From Eledone cirrhosa (Eukaryota), in the NCBI GenBank assembly GCA_964016885.1, contig OZ024746.1, positions 82,336,001 to 82,400,000 of the forward strand: a stretch of 64,000 nucleotides of DNA. The letters run 5' to 3'. The notes below the pieces were generated by a model, which searched no databases, had not been told where the DNA came from, and saw only the letters and a list, made by a program, of their open reading frames with translations. Below are positions 1 through 13,473 of this stretch, piece after piece. Both the position numbers and the translations under genes were made by a program. The stretch's first letter is position 1. Each line of letters opens with the position of its first letter.

Positions 1-225
1 AGAAGCAATAGAAGTGTATGCTAATGTTGGCTAATTTGCGTTTGCATATAGTGAATATGCGACACAAAAAAATGCACATATGTATAAAATCTTTGAATTT
101 CAATTAATCTTGCCTAGTTTTTTCAAGGTTTGCCACCCAGCCTTCCAAATACAGATCTGCTTATAAGAAGGGTATGGTGCAGCCAACTGGCTAGACTCCT
201 CTCATAATGGGACCACCCAGTTCCA

Positions 226-580
226 CACTGTAAACATGGTTGGTGCTAGGAAGGGCATGCAGCTGTAAAAAATGGCCAAAATAAAGTTCAATTTTAAGGC
301 ATGGTGCGGCCAACTGGCCAGACTTGCTTCATAATATGGATGACCTGTCTAACCCATACAAGTATGGAAAATAAGAGGTCGATGATAATATATATATATA
401 TATCCACACTGTAAACGTGGTTGGTGTTAGGAAGGGCATCCAGCCGTAGAAAACCCGCCAGACAGTCCTATACGAGCAAGACAACCAATCTTGCCTCAAG
501 TGGGAAAATTCCCATCCAAACCCATGCAAGCATGGAAGATGGACGTTAAACGATGATGATGATGATGGTGATGATGATAT
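226..580 (+). mobile_element. Two tandem 3'-tail fragments of the RTE(PHD) family or its SINEs
   Basis: 404-580 is near-identical in reverse to the 3' end at ~10091-10265 (ggttggtgttaggaagggcatccagccgtagaaa...ccatgcaagcatggaagatggacgttaaacgatgatgat) and starts right after a short (TA)n. 226-385 is a more diverged copy. Confidence 0.75.
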
Positions 581-732
581 ATGAGAGTGTTGTAGTTCGC
601 TTGAAGTATTGTGCATTAAGTATAAGAAGGTATGTAATTTGAAGGCTGCGACAATGCTAACGGTGAGGTACAATTTAAGATAGAAGAAGGCAACAAGCTG
701 CACTGTGTTATCTGTTCTTTATTCAAATACAA

Positions 733-767
733 CTTTAATTTTCAAGATAAAATCTCCTCATCAGAAT
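733..767 (-). ncRNA. Degenerate minimal hammerhead-like motif (Penelope-type)
   Basis: Minus strand reads CTGATGA-G-GAGAT-ttt-ATCTT-GAAA-ATT-A, followed by AATAAA. Stem I is only about 2 bp. Confidence 0.35.
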
Positions 768-939
768 GGTCATGAATCTTGATTAATGACCAAATATGAT
801 CACGAATGCAAGTAGCCAAAATGGTGTTCTATGTATGTGTATGTGTGTGTGTGTGTGTGAAAGAGTGGGAGATGGATGAGATGTTCTTAGATAAGACCAG
901 TAAAACCGTAGGGCAAAGAAGCCTTATAATATGCATATA

Positions 940-1340
940 AAACAGTGGCTTAGATAGTCTGATCATATAGTATACTTAAGGGAACAGTCAATTGCCAAAA
1001 CAAGTAGTATATGAGGAGTTGAGCCAGGGAAATCACTTGCAATGTCTATGAAGAAAAAGCTATAAGGATTGTCTGAAAGATACACTAAAGAAAATTAATA
1101 TACATATCAATGCTTTGGAAGGACAAACACCAAACAGATTCTAGTGAAGGAGTCTTATTACCAGTGGTGTTGAAGAGTTTCAGACCAAGCACAAGCACCA
1201 AGCACATGTTCAATTAAAATACACTTCACAACATAATATGGGGATGATAGTACCACTTCAAGAAAAGGGCTTCAGCTGTCCCTAACAGTCTGTAATCATA
1301 TGTGCCTTTCAAATGCAAGTTTAATTAGCCATGAGCAATT
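940..1340 (+). pseudogene. Old RTE/BovB-type LINE ORF C-terminal relic
   Basis: Broken-frame translation gives LR*SDHIV..QLPKQVVYEELSQG..RKSYKDCLKDTLKKINI..RSLITSGVEEF..VCNHMCLSNASLISHE. This matches the RTE C-terminus (LPKQxLYGEL, KRYKDxLK, terminal zinc-finger-like motif). Confidence 0.6.
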
Positions 1341-4300
1341 TTATACATAATGTCTGAATCGTTAGACTTTAAATTTTACCTCATGTAGGTACTATATTAT
1401 TTCAATAGACATTTTCTAATTATCATCATCACCACTACCATTTAACATCCATTTTCCCTGCTAGCAAGAGTTGGACAGGTTGTCACAGACCAAGTCTGAG
1501 CTCAAGTAGAGCTACTGACCTCTTAAATGGGCTAGAAGCCAGCATCTCGCTTATGTTAATGTACTCTACCAAATGCTCAAGTCTACCAGAGTAGTTGTCA
1601 TGTCTTTGACACAGCTGAAGAGTTCTCCTGATTCTTTGTTTGGCAGTTTTTTTTATGGATGCTTGCCCATCCTATCATCAACCACTTTACAGACTGCCCT
1701 GGGTATGATTATCATCTAGGTCACCAACAAAAGAAAGGTTGTTGTGCCCTTAACACAACTGGAGAGTCATCTCAACCCTATGATATAAATAGCTGTCAGT
1801 ATGAAGGAAAGTATACATTCATAAAATAACTATTTTAAGTTGTTTTTTTTTAAGCATACATTGAAAGCAAATGTCATTTTTGTTTTGTACCACTCTGATA
1901 ATGTACAAAGCTAAAATCAATCCTATGCTCTAATTCGTTTTTAAAAAATATATAAAATAAAAGCCAAGACTTGTTTTTTGTTTTTTATATTGTAGAATAT
2001 AACAATGAAAAGACACATACATAGATCAGATCTACATCATACAAAACTATTTTTCTCATTAATATATGGTGTCTAGACCATATTGAAATAACAGACAAAT
2101 GACTGAATAAGAATAAGCTACATATTTATTTCAATTATTTTTTACTATCATAAATTTATGTTGCTAGGAACTAAATTAATGTATCTTGCCAAATGCTATG
2201 ATCAAAACTGGCTAATATGTTCGCCCACGTTATAGTTACACTGACATAATGAGAATTAACAAAAACTAAATGTAACTTGCAATGATGAAATCATTTTATA
2301 ACCTATACATTATATTTTTGGAGGCCATTCTTAGACTTTAGCAACCACCAAATAATTGACATTGATATATATATATATATATATACATGTGTTTGTGTGT
2401 GTGCACACATACTTATTGTCCATATTAGAATGTGTATGAAACTCTTTAAAAGAGAAAAAGTATTTGATTTAATCTGAAGATGTATGTGATATATTAGAAT
2501 GTGTATATATTGATGGTTGGTTGAATGCTTGTTAGTAAATGCACATATGTGTGATATGTGTGTATGTCAAATGAGAAAATCTATTTTCTTTTTAATCATT
2601 TAAAGTCCATTGATTGTAGAGAGATATTCATACATTTGTTACATTTTCATCAATATTAATAATGCGCCTTTATGATATTGTTGATTAACTTGTTTATGAA
2701 TGTATGTGAAAGCGCCTATGTATGTGTGTCTATAATAGACACACATACATTCCCTTTAAATACATGCTTCAAGTTTTACAAGCAGTGTGTGTGTGTTCAA
2801 TACCACTCTGCCATAGTAAGATTATTTCCATGGTTCTTGGTAGATCCCTTGAAGTGGAAAGGTAAGATGATAGTGATTGCATTTTACTGGGATACAGATT
2901 AAGAAAAGAGTTCCAAGTGTTTAATACATTAACAACTCATTCATTACCATCATCATCACCACTTTCCAATGTAGGCTGAGTGCATTTTATTATGGAACCA
3001 CTGCTACCATGTTTCAACACTAGGGCACTTATATCCTCTGCCAGACTCGGAAGAGTGAAAGGGGGTGAGGGTAGGAGAATGAGAGTGGAGTGTAGGCAAC
3101 TTGTTATTAACACATGGAGAGAGGGGTGACCTTAAAGGACTTGACATCTGACAGTGATGTGGAGTGCCTGGCTGTCCATGCTGGCATGGTGTGGTAAGGA
3201 GGGGTGAATTTACTATATATTTATTTTATAGTTGGTGTTGATAGTCACCCACCAAGCAATTCTAGACTATTTTCAACTACCAGAACAATATCTTCTCATG
3301 GTAGACTAGTTTATTTATAAATAGAAAGAACTTCATTGTACATCATGTTATGCCTAAATCATGACTGCATTGGCTAGTTTCACAATGTTTACTTTATTTA
3401 CTCATTCACTGACATTATTGATCTTGGTAGCAAACATTTACTTTACCTACTATTGAAACTTGTATCTGAACAATCAAAATAGAGTATAATTTGTGCACAC
3501 ATACACACTCTCTCACTTTCTACTGCTCGCTTTCTCATTCCTACATATCTGTGTATCCATACATATGTGTATATAATGGCTAAAGGTATAAAAGAATAGA
3601 TTCATAAATCATTGTTGTGTATTCTTTAGATATTCCTTGAGTAAAGAATACTACTTCTACTTGCTTTGAAATTAATCTAATGACTCTCTTTTAAATCCTT
3701 TAACAGAAAGAGTAAAAGATTTCAAGTACCTATGCAAATCAGGATCGCCATAATAATTTTTTCTTACATTGGAGGATGGGGAAAGTCAATTAAATCAACC
3801 CCAGTACTTAACTCCTACTTTATTTTATTGACCCTGGAAGGACGAAAAGCAAAGTTGACCTTGGTTGGATTTGAACTCAGAACTTTGAAAGACAAAACTA
3901 AATGCAGCAAAACTTTTTGTCATGTGCCCTAATGACCTTACCAATCTACCACTATCAGGATCTCCATAATAATATACATAGGATTATAATATTGCAGTCA
4001 ACAAAGAGTGTGTACACGTTTGATGAGTAATTTCAAATCCTGTTATATTTTACCCTACAAAGAATTCTCCTGTCTTCACTGAAAACACATGACACCACAA
4101 CTTTCTTTCCATAGAAATATCCAGTAATGCAAACTGCACATATATGGGTATTTCCCAGAGGTTAGGGTGGGGAATGGATAAGTTGTCCCATCTTGGATCA
4201 GGACTTTTTTTTTCAAGGGATTAGAAATTGGAACCTTAAAATTAAAACTCTAAGGTGTGTTGGGAATTTCAGCTCTTCCTGGCTCAGTGGAACTATAAAT

Positions 4301-5439
4301 ATACTAACATAAACTAGTGTTATTCTGGCTTAAGAGCTTAAGGTCAATGGAACACTATAAATCAAGGCCAGATTAAGACCCTTAGGTGCCTTAAGCACTG
4401 AAAAGATTATTATACTCCTATATACTGTATATGGAAAAGGTTGCAGCAGATAGTCCTGAGCACATAATTCAAAATCCTATTTCAAAAAAATGATCCATGT
4501 AATCTTCTCTTTTCTTCCATTACTAATCTATTACTGATCACTTATTTAACTCTATCATTACTGTATTTCAAATGAAATATTCTGTACTTGAATTAGATAT
4601 TGAAGATAGAATTATTAATTATTTAATTATTGAGATGTTATTTGTAATACAACGAAAGTAAAATTTTGTTTGAAGGTTTAAAATTAAATATAAACCCTTT
4701 AAAATGTGGGGTGTTGTTTCATAGAACTAGGGGCAGTTTTGGGTAGGTTGGTATAAAAAGGTTATATTGACATAATACTACTTGGTGCTTTTCTAAAATC
4801 AGTAATTATAGTAAAAAGATATGAATCTGAGATGTTCAGCTATGATGGAGCATATGTGAGATCAAAGATAAACCTTGACTCTCTACTTCTTGTATATCAA
4901 CTACATTGTATAATCAGTGTGTTCTTCTTTTTTTAAGATGACAGGATGTGATTTTAGAGAGATTCGGTTGCTATTTCTAAGATTTGAGCAAGCACTAAAA
5001 GGTCCTCACATTGGCTCAATGGATTTGAGTTCATAAATTATGCGTTAAGTTCCTTAACATACTGCACTGTGTGTCTATATTCACAGTAGCCATTTAAATA
5101 TCTTGCATGTTATTTCTTATTTTAAAAAGTTCAAAACTGTCCTTTCTTTTCTTGATCTATTTTATATCACATTTTATGAACAATAGCATTATTGGTTGCT
5201 GCTTTCTAATAGGCCAATCATTAGTTCACTGCATCTATGATGGCAAGAGAGATGAGGGATAGTTTTTACAACTCAGACAGTACCACAGAGTATTTGTGTT
5301 TGAAAACACCAGTTTATTGGATGATCACTGATGTTTACAGAAATATACTCACACATATACACATACATATAATTGTACAATGTGAAAACGGGCAACAATT
5401 ACTATAAAGTGATCAATACAGGAAATAGTGATAGTGGAA

Positions 5440-5553
5440 CAAATAGAGGATAAAGCTGAACAAATCCAGAAAAAGTATTCTTTCTAAGGATTCTAAAGAA
5501 GAAACTTTAATAAAATAGCATTCCTAAATTTGTTCAGCTTTATTCTTTATTTG
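5440..5553. repeat. 26-bp inverted repeat with 62-nt spacer
   Basis: caaatagaggataaagctgaacaaat (5440-5465) pairs with atttgttcagctttattctttatttg (5528-5553), with 2 mismatches. Confidence 0.75.
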
Positions 5554-6045
5554 CTTATATATCATCATCATTATCATTTAACGTGTTTTTCTAGGCTGAC
5601 ATATGCAACAGACTTGCACTCAGTTTGCTTTGGCCAAATTCCACTCATAAGGGGTTAGTGGACCCAATGTTATGATAGAAGACACTTGACCAAAGTACCA
5701 CACAGTGGAATCAGACCCCAAACCATGTGACTGCAAAGTTATCCTTGCAATGACACAGCTATACCTGCTGATGCAGGATTTTAAAATGTTAACAAGAAAT
5801 AGTATAGAATGGCTTCTTTTTAATTTTCCTAAATTTCATGTTAGAATATAAGTTTTATAATGAAATCATTATGAACTTTGGTATTTGGAGTCTATTCATA
5901 CATTGTATATTTGCTTAAGTTTTATTTAGAGCATGACTCAATATTTATATAGACTTATACATTAACATAATGAAATGTTTGTTCTTTCAATATCCACATT
6001 CAGTCTTTTATGAAGAATAATAGAATCATTTCAATGAACAGTAAT

Positions 6046-6511
6046 TACCCTATTTTCTGGTGTATAAAACAATTTTTTACCACAAATTTCATGTCAAAAC
6101 TTACCTGTGTCCAATAAACTAAGGTAGGATTATAATAATAATAGTGATAATAATAATATACAAAAGCTATGTATTATGGCTGTGTATATAAATAGGCATG
6201 CAGCATTTAGTTTATTTTAATACCTAATTTACAGCAATATTGATATGATTTTTCTAAAAAAAAAAACGTAACTATTTACATTACTTCTGAATTCATAAAA
6301 AAACAAATAATTAATGATAGACATGGGTGAAAGCATTTGTACATATAGAATAATTGCTGTTCAACACCATGAAAAATAACTCTTTTGGGCTTTTTTGTAT
6401 CTAAAACAATACTCCTTTTTTAATATCAACTTGAATTTTGGTTCAATAAAAATCTGTTCAATCCTACTATAACTTTTTATCAATGTGTCTTATAGTCTGA
6501 AAAATATGGTA
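6046..6511. mobile_element. Degenerate pogo/Tc1-mariner-type MITE
   Basis: Left end ta-ccctattttctggtgtataaaaca and right end tgtcttatagtctgaaaaatatgg-ta form an imperfect inverted pair with TA flanks. Confidence 0.5.
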
Positions 6512-7990
6512 ATATATTATTTACTCACTTCAATAGCAAGTAGTTTATAATTTATTAAATAGAAATTAGCTCTTTACTTAAAATCAAAATAATTCATTGA
6601 AATAAAATTCTAAATAATCTTTTGTCTTTATTTTGTCTGTACCACATTGTAACTAATGCTTTTAGAAAATATGGACTTGAAATAAATTACCTTTTCTTGT
6701 AAGAGGTTGTCAATTTATACTTACAAATCATACAACTTGTAAATTGGATTTGTTAATCAAGTACTTCATTGTTGTTTTAATGTTAGTGTTCCCATTTTAA
6801 AGATTCTCTACAAAATATTCTTCTGTATACAACAGTCGGTGTATATATTTATGAAATATTTATCTTAAATGCTTAAAAATGTAGAAAATCCTAAACACAA
6901 GAGATAACTGTGAACACAGCTTAGAAAAAAGTGGCAGCAGCTGCTTTAGAGAATCGAACTTCAATGTTTATTTACAAATGTTGTTACATATATTTTAAAA
7001 TTTAAGCTGATAATTTTGTCGTCTCAACTTATTTCATGTAAAACTTGAATTTTTTTTTTTTTTCATTTTGATTTGTAAATGTAATGTAAAAATCAGTTGA
7101 ATCTACTACTACTTATTACTGCTATTTATTTTGTCACCTTAGAAAAATAAAATCTATATCAACAAGTGTATGTATGGACCTGTAACTACTGATAAGACAT
7201 ACAGCATGTCTTAGACATTTTAAACTTGGTGGAGCTCACCAATCTCCATCTATGATTTCTTCTATAGAAGGAGACAGAAAATAAGAGAGAGAGTAAGTAA
7301 GAAAGAGGTGTAAAGGAAGAATCGACACCAGTACTGAACTTGTACTTTTTTTATCTATCTCGAAAAGATGAAAGTAAAAGTTGACTTAAGTAGTATTTGA
7401 AGTGCAGAAATCTGGAACATATATCACAAATCATTCCATCTGATACTCTAATGACTCTGCCAATTTGCTGCCTTCATATCATCAGGATTGAGCTCTAAAT
7501 ATGTAGAGATAAAACTAAAGCAAAATTGATTTTCTACTTTTCTTCCCAACTGGAACATTTTTAGAATACAAATGGCAAAACGTAGCAAGTTTTTATGCAC
7601 CATAATAATTCCTAGTTTCTATTGTAATTATCAACTTGACTTAATATTTGGCATTAAATTTTTTTCTAAGTGTGACTGTACAATTATCATCAATTTTTTT
7701 TTTTTTTTCTAAAATAAAGGTGCTGATTGTTAAAAGGAATTCAGCTATATATCCTCCACTCCCAGAATAAGAATACCTGTTCTTCCACACGAAAATCTCT
7801 GCATTTTTATGTAATCTAGCTGAATTTAATTTATACCATTGTTATAGTTTTCAAGTGAAGCCCTATGTTACCTGTCAAACTCATGTAATCTAATACCAAA
7901 CAAAACAATAAATAATTTAGTGTTTTGAAGAAAAAGTAAAAAAAAAAAATGAAGAATCTAATATTCGTTATTTCATTCTTCATGTTTCAG

Positions 7991-8042
7991 GAGCTACAAT
8001 TATATCTTGGAGATGTGCTGGAGAAGAAATGTTATTTTTAAG
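7991..8042 (+). CDS. Internal coding exon of a putative glucose-6-phosphate 1-epimerase (hexose-6-phosphate mutarotase, YeaD/YMR099C-like)
   Basis: Pyrimidine-rich acceptor tttcag| and donor |gtaaag. The 52 nt translate as (G)ATIISWRCAGEEMLFL(S), matching the family motif GA(T/Q)xxSWxxxGxExLFLS. It splices in phase to 55050. Confidence 0.88.
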
Positions 8043-8875
8043 GTAAAGTTTCTTTATTTTATTTAATTTTTCCAATAATTATAATTACTAACTTAAAGAT
8101 ACGATTTTCTTTACACAAAAAAATATTAAATACTTTGTCAAATTATAATTTCTACCAACATTTAAAAGGAAAAGAAGAAAGGGATTCTTTAGTAGAGTGT
8201 CTCATTTGTAAGGAATGTTACATTTATTTGGATTTTTAAAGACATCTATTTTACTATCTAATGAAATCATTCACTAATGAATGAACATTTATCACTGATT
8301 ACATTATTGGATATTCTAACTTATTCTAAATAAAGAATAATACTGATACTGCCTTGATGTTAAACAGATTTGGTTATAAAATTGATTTCATTAACTACTA
8401 AAAATGTCAATAATTCAAAAGTAACTAATCTAAAGAACCATTTGTTTTTATTAGTTAGTTTGGGAGGGAATGTTTGAGTTAACTTTTCATCTCCAAACTG
8501 CCAGAACTACCCCTGGTTCTCTGATAGGAAACTGTTTGTTTCAAGTTGCTTATATTTATCTAAAAACCTTCCATCATAATTCTATGTAAGAAGCCTTTCT
8601 TAAATCCCTCCAAATTCTTATTATTTTCAAAATTATTTAAAAATCATAGTGTCTTTCATTAGAAATATGATTTTGAAAGGGCTAATGTTTAGTATAAGCA
8701 CTTCCTAGTTAATGTTAGGAAGAAAAGGGGGAGTAATGAGATGATTCCAGTCTGCTGTAATACTGGAGAAGTGAGATGTTATTTTTTCTGAGGTAGACAC
8801 TGGGCAAAACCTAATGAAATATTCATGTTAGCCTAAACTATTCTATTCATAGGAGCTGTTTTTTCTTCTCAAATT

Positions 8876-8920
<45 letters not shown>

Positions 8921-10090
8921 TTTTATTCTTTTACTGGTTTCAGTCATTAAACTGGGCAGACAAAAGCACAACTATAAAATTGAACATATTGACGCCTTAC
9001 ATATTTTTTCAAGTCAGTTACTTATTTTTATTTTATCAATCTTTTTTGATAAGCTGCTAAGTTACTGGACTTAAACATAGACACAGATGTAAACAAAAAA
9101 TGGGCTTCTGCAGTTTCTGTCTACCAAATTTCACTTCAGGAGGCATTTGTCAATTCATAGTTATAGTATGACAAAGGAACTGGACCCAATACCAATTAGC
9201 TGTGCCAATATATACAATATGTCTAACCTATGCCAGCATGGAAAAGCAGACATTAAATAATAGCGATGATGATACAGAATGATCTCTTGACAATACAGCG
9301 ATAACATTAAGGGTTGAGACAACTCTTCTGTAGTGATGGTGCCATGAAAAATGCACCCTGTAAACCTTGTAAGGTGGTTGGTCATAGGAAAGGCATCAAG
9401 CTGCAGAAAACTTGTCAAATAAAGGATGGAGAGAACTCTTTCGTTGTGTGAAAGACATGACAACCTCCTTAATACTGATACCATGAAAATGCACCTGGGC
9501 ACTCTGTAGAGATAGAGAGTAAGTAAAATGTGAGCCCCAAACCATATGAGAGGTCAGTAGCTCTGACCAAATACTGATTTGGTCTAGTTGATATTTTTGC
9601 TGCTCAGAAAGGCAGAAAATAGATTTCATGTTGCTTGATTTGTGCTATATATCCTCGATTGATAAGAATACTGTTTATTAGAAATTCATATTTGTGTTTT
9701 TATCTGTGCAAAATTTTGATCAAATCAGTCCCTCCGCCCTGTCCTAACCAAAGAGCCTTATATATCCATGTTAAAAACTGTAATAAGGAATACAATAATA
9801 AAAGGAAAATAAAGTAATTTAAAAGCATAGCTGTTTCAAGGCCACAAAGCTTGTAATTGGTAGTTAAAGTTGATATAATGAATCATTTAGATATTGATAT
9901 TTCTTTCATCAGAATGAACACCATGTAATTAAATCATGTTTGCCTATTGCAAATTACTATTTTGCTATAATGAAGTTAATATATGCCAGAACATTCACAG
10001 GACATTCACAACTCTTTAGGTTTTAACTTTACATTACTAACACCCTGAAGAAAATCATGAATACTATGCAACCTCATTTTTACTCCTATA

Positions 10091-10780
10091 TCATCATCAT
10101 CATCATCATCATCATCGTTTAACGTCCATCTTCCATGCTTGCATGGGTTTGGACGGGAATTTTCCCACTTGAGGCAAGATTGGTTGTCTTGCTCGTATAG
10201 GACTGTCTGGCAGGTTTTCTACGGCTGGATGCCCTTCCTAACACCAACCACGTTTACAGTGTGGAACTAGGAGGTTTTTACCGTGTTACCTACACGGCCA
10301 CATTACAGCGTGGACTGTGTGTTTTTTTGTCGTGACACCTACACGACCTCATTTATTTCGGACTGGATGTTGTGGTACCAACATAACTTTACATCGAAAG
10401 GGGTGATGTGGATAGGGGTGTGAGGTAGTGGGACGGGGGTGTATTTTTGTTAAGAGGTGCCTACTGACTGTAGGTTTCGCTTTGTACTTAGGCAAGGCAG
10501 GTCTTCTGTATTACTGTGTAGCGCCAAAGATCTCGGTCCAGTGACATTGTCTTGGAGAGGTGTGTGTGAGGTCGGAATTTATCAAGTCGTCCCAGGTTTT
10601 TCTGGGTCTGGCTACTCCGTGGCTACCGTCTATTTTTATCACCCTGCACTTTTTTATACAGCTGTCGTCTTTCATGCGCATCACGTGACCATACCAACGT
10701 AGTCTTCTCTCGAGTAAACAACATCTGATCCCTCTTATTCCTAATTTCTCCCTTAGTTCATTTATGCTTTGCCGTTCACA
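10091..10780 (-). mobile_element. 5'-truncated copy of the RTE(PHD) LINE (3' end of ORF, 3' UTR, (GAT)n tail)
   Basis: ORF 10511-10804 contains [35 protein letters not shown]. The 3' UTR aligns with 46731-47230. (cat)n lies at 10091-10116. Confidence 0.9.
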
Positions 10781-10914
10781 TGGGTTTTTGAAAAACAAAG
10801 TCAATATTGCTGCTGTCCAGATATATTAGATTTATGACTTAGTTTCATCATCTAGTTAAGCTTGTTTAGTTTCACTTATCACCAATACTCGTGGGAAAAT
10901 TATGTTTTCTTTGG

Positions 10915-11040
10915 TAGCATTCTCTTTTGTGACATTCTTTTTGGCAACATAGGCTGTGATGACATTCTCTCTTTAGCAACTAATACTGTGATGACATTCA
11001 TTCTTTGGCAACATATTCTCTGATGACATTCTCTTTGCTG
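10915..11040. repeat. Degenerate ~32-bp minisatellite
   Basis: Unit (c)tg(t)gatgacattc(tc)ttt(g)gcaac repeated about 4 times. Confidence 0.55.
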
Positions 11041-13339
11041 TTGTCTTTGAAGCAATCATCATTGAAATTATCATGAAAAATAGAGTATTTTGTACATTGT
11101 TCATAATTGGGTTTGCATTTCCAAATATCCAAATCTGGTCGGTATTTTTATTTTTCATGTTATTATTGCTGCTTAACAAGAAATTTTATTATTGTTTCAT
11201 TTTATTATTACTACTATTATTTACTAAATGCTGTAAAATATTAAATGCCATCATCCTATATTCTGAGTTTATATTATGCCCAAGTCAACACCAACTTTCC
11301 TCTATCCTAAACTGACAAAAGTCCCAATTGTACACAAGTTAATGCAGTCAATAATACAAAATGCTTGCTAAAGTTATCATTTTGTTAGCACATATAACTA
11401 GTTCAAATATTTGCTTTCCTTCCACAAATCTATAAATCACTTTGAACCTTTAAACATTGTTGTTTTTATTCTACTGGTGAATCACAATCCTGAATCAGTT
11501 TGATTATTGGTTGAAACAATCTTACTTCTCATATATCATGCTTTGGGAAAAGACAAACATTTTTCAGTTTCTATATTCACCGATCCACTTAAGAAAGGTT
11601 TTAAGCTTCTTTGATGTTGTTTTTGTGTAGAACTGATCAGACATATAGCAATAAGAAATTATTTTTTACATATACTTAAGTTATTCCAAATTGTTCTCTA
11701 AATTATTTGAACTTCGATGAATATGTTATGTAAGCTCTGGTCAAGCAGACCTATTATATGTAATTAGTTAGTCAGTTAAATGGCAGAGACATGCTTACAA
11801 ATTCACTGTTCCAAATATATCATGTTTCAGCTTTGTTGTGAACCATACTTTACACTCCAACATGCAATAGTTTATCATATTGGATAGACTGGGTATATTA
11901 TGTTTCTACCACTGCCCAGCCTCTTCCGATATACCTCAAGATTCTTGTTGTGGTCATAGCAGAAGCAGGCAAGTTGCACTTATTTCTGATTGTGTATATT
12001 CCAGCACATTATTTTGGCTGATAATGGCATTGCTGTTGTTGTTATTGTTGTTTAAACACAAGTCAGCCTTGATTGAGTAAATCTATGATCAAAAGCATTC
12101 CAGCTATGACCATTCCGTCTTTTATTCAAACACAGTGCAACCAGGACTGCATTATCCAATGTGTCCATTGATTTTAAGCTGGTAGAGTGTAATTTAAGGG
12201 TGATTTGGTTACTATTTCTAGCAATTTGGTTTTACATGTCTAAAATGTCTTCCTTGCTCATATTTCTCAGTACTATACCCTATACTTGAGCTTTAGGAGA
12301 ATGCAATCATGGAGTTGGCCTCAGGCATCACCAAACTTCTGCATGCCACTGCTGCCCCATCTTCCCTAACAAACAACATATTGTACTTGCTGTTGTTGTT
12401 TAGACCCAGGTCAGTCTTAAGTAATGCAGACCTAGGTCAAAGGTCTTCTTGCTTTGACCATCCTATCTTTTATTTACATATAACTTTTGTTGGCATAATA
12501 TATCTAGACCCACACTATCTAATAGGATCATCCTTTTTTAAATTGCGTGATCCGATTTAAGAGAAATTTAGCTGCTATTTCTAGCATATCAAATGATTCC
12601 ACAACAGCTTGAAAGATTCTACTTTTTACACTACGGTTGAGTAATTAACATTAAAAACCATCATGATGTTGGTATTGTATTGTAATATCCATTTGTTGCT
12701 CTTGTAGCAAACAAGAAAATAAATTTTATATGCTATATCAACAAAAATAAATCATTTCTATATATTGTATTTCGTTAATATAGTTTAGATCTTTTGTTAT
12801 ATTCCTGATGTTCTTCATTTAACATTATCAGTGTAAAAATATGTAATACAACTATTGATGTTCTAAGATGCAGATAAGTTGTAACATATCTGCTGCAGTA
12901 TCAAATTCTTCAATATTTGCAATTTGCATGAAGCCATATATCACATTACTTTCTGATAAATAGAACAGAAATGTTTATTCTTTATTTGTATGAATGTGTG
13001 TGTGTGTGTATTAATGTATGTTGTTTTTATGTTTAATCAGACATACTGAGTGATAATACAATACATATAAGAAGAGTATAGGTTTTAATTTATCATGCCT
13101 GGTCATCGATCTATCCAATTCATTTGTCTACCAGCATATTAGGAAAAAATTATGCTTTTTCTATATATTTTGTCTGAGGAGAACCTGTTTTGCTCTGTTA
13201 TACATAAAACTTTGCATCTTCGAAATATTTATAATGAAATAAATAGAGATGATATAAAGTGTATATTTTTCGTTTATTACTAATATTATTATAATAATTG
13301 TTTCTACTTTTGGCACAAGACCAGCAATTACTCAGTACA

Positions 13340-13473
13340 TTACTGGTACTTTATTTTATCGACCCCGTAAGGATGAAAGGCAAAGTTAACCTCGGCGGGA
13401 TTTGAACTCAGACTGTAAAGGGACGTAACTATGCTGGAAAGCATGGCGTCCAACCCTCTACCGATACTGCCAA
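13340..13473 (-). mobile_element. tRNA-derived SINE; related copies at ~3795-3950(-), 7320-7470(-), 14670-14815(-), 17566-17720(+), 54300-54460(-)
   Basis: Minus strand has A box TGGCAGTATCGG and B box GAGTTCAAATCC, then gcctttcatccttacggggtcgataaaataaagtacc, which resembles a Meta/MESC-type central domain. Confidence 0.75.

Noticed and set aside
4362-4410. caaggccagattaagaccc...: possible hAT-like terminus
   Set aside because: No matching opposite end or TSD could be identified.
10915-11040. Repeat-spacer-like pattern resembling CRISPR
   Set aside because: Short degenerate minisatellite in eukaryotic DNA, with no unique spacers of proper length and no cas genes.
13340-13473. tRNA-like A/B boxes here and at 17566-17660 and 19900-19992
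   Set aside because: No complete cloverleaf, and each is followed by a SINE body; these are SINE heads, not tRNA genes.
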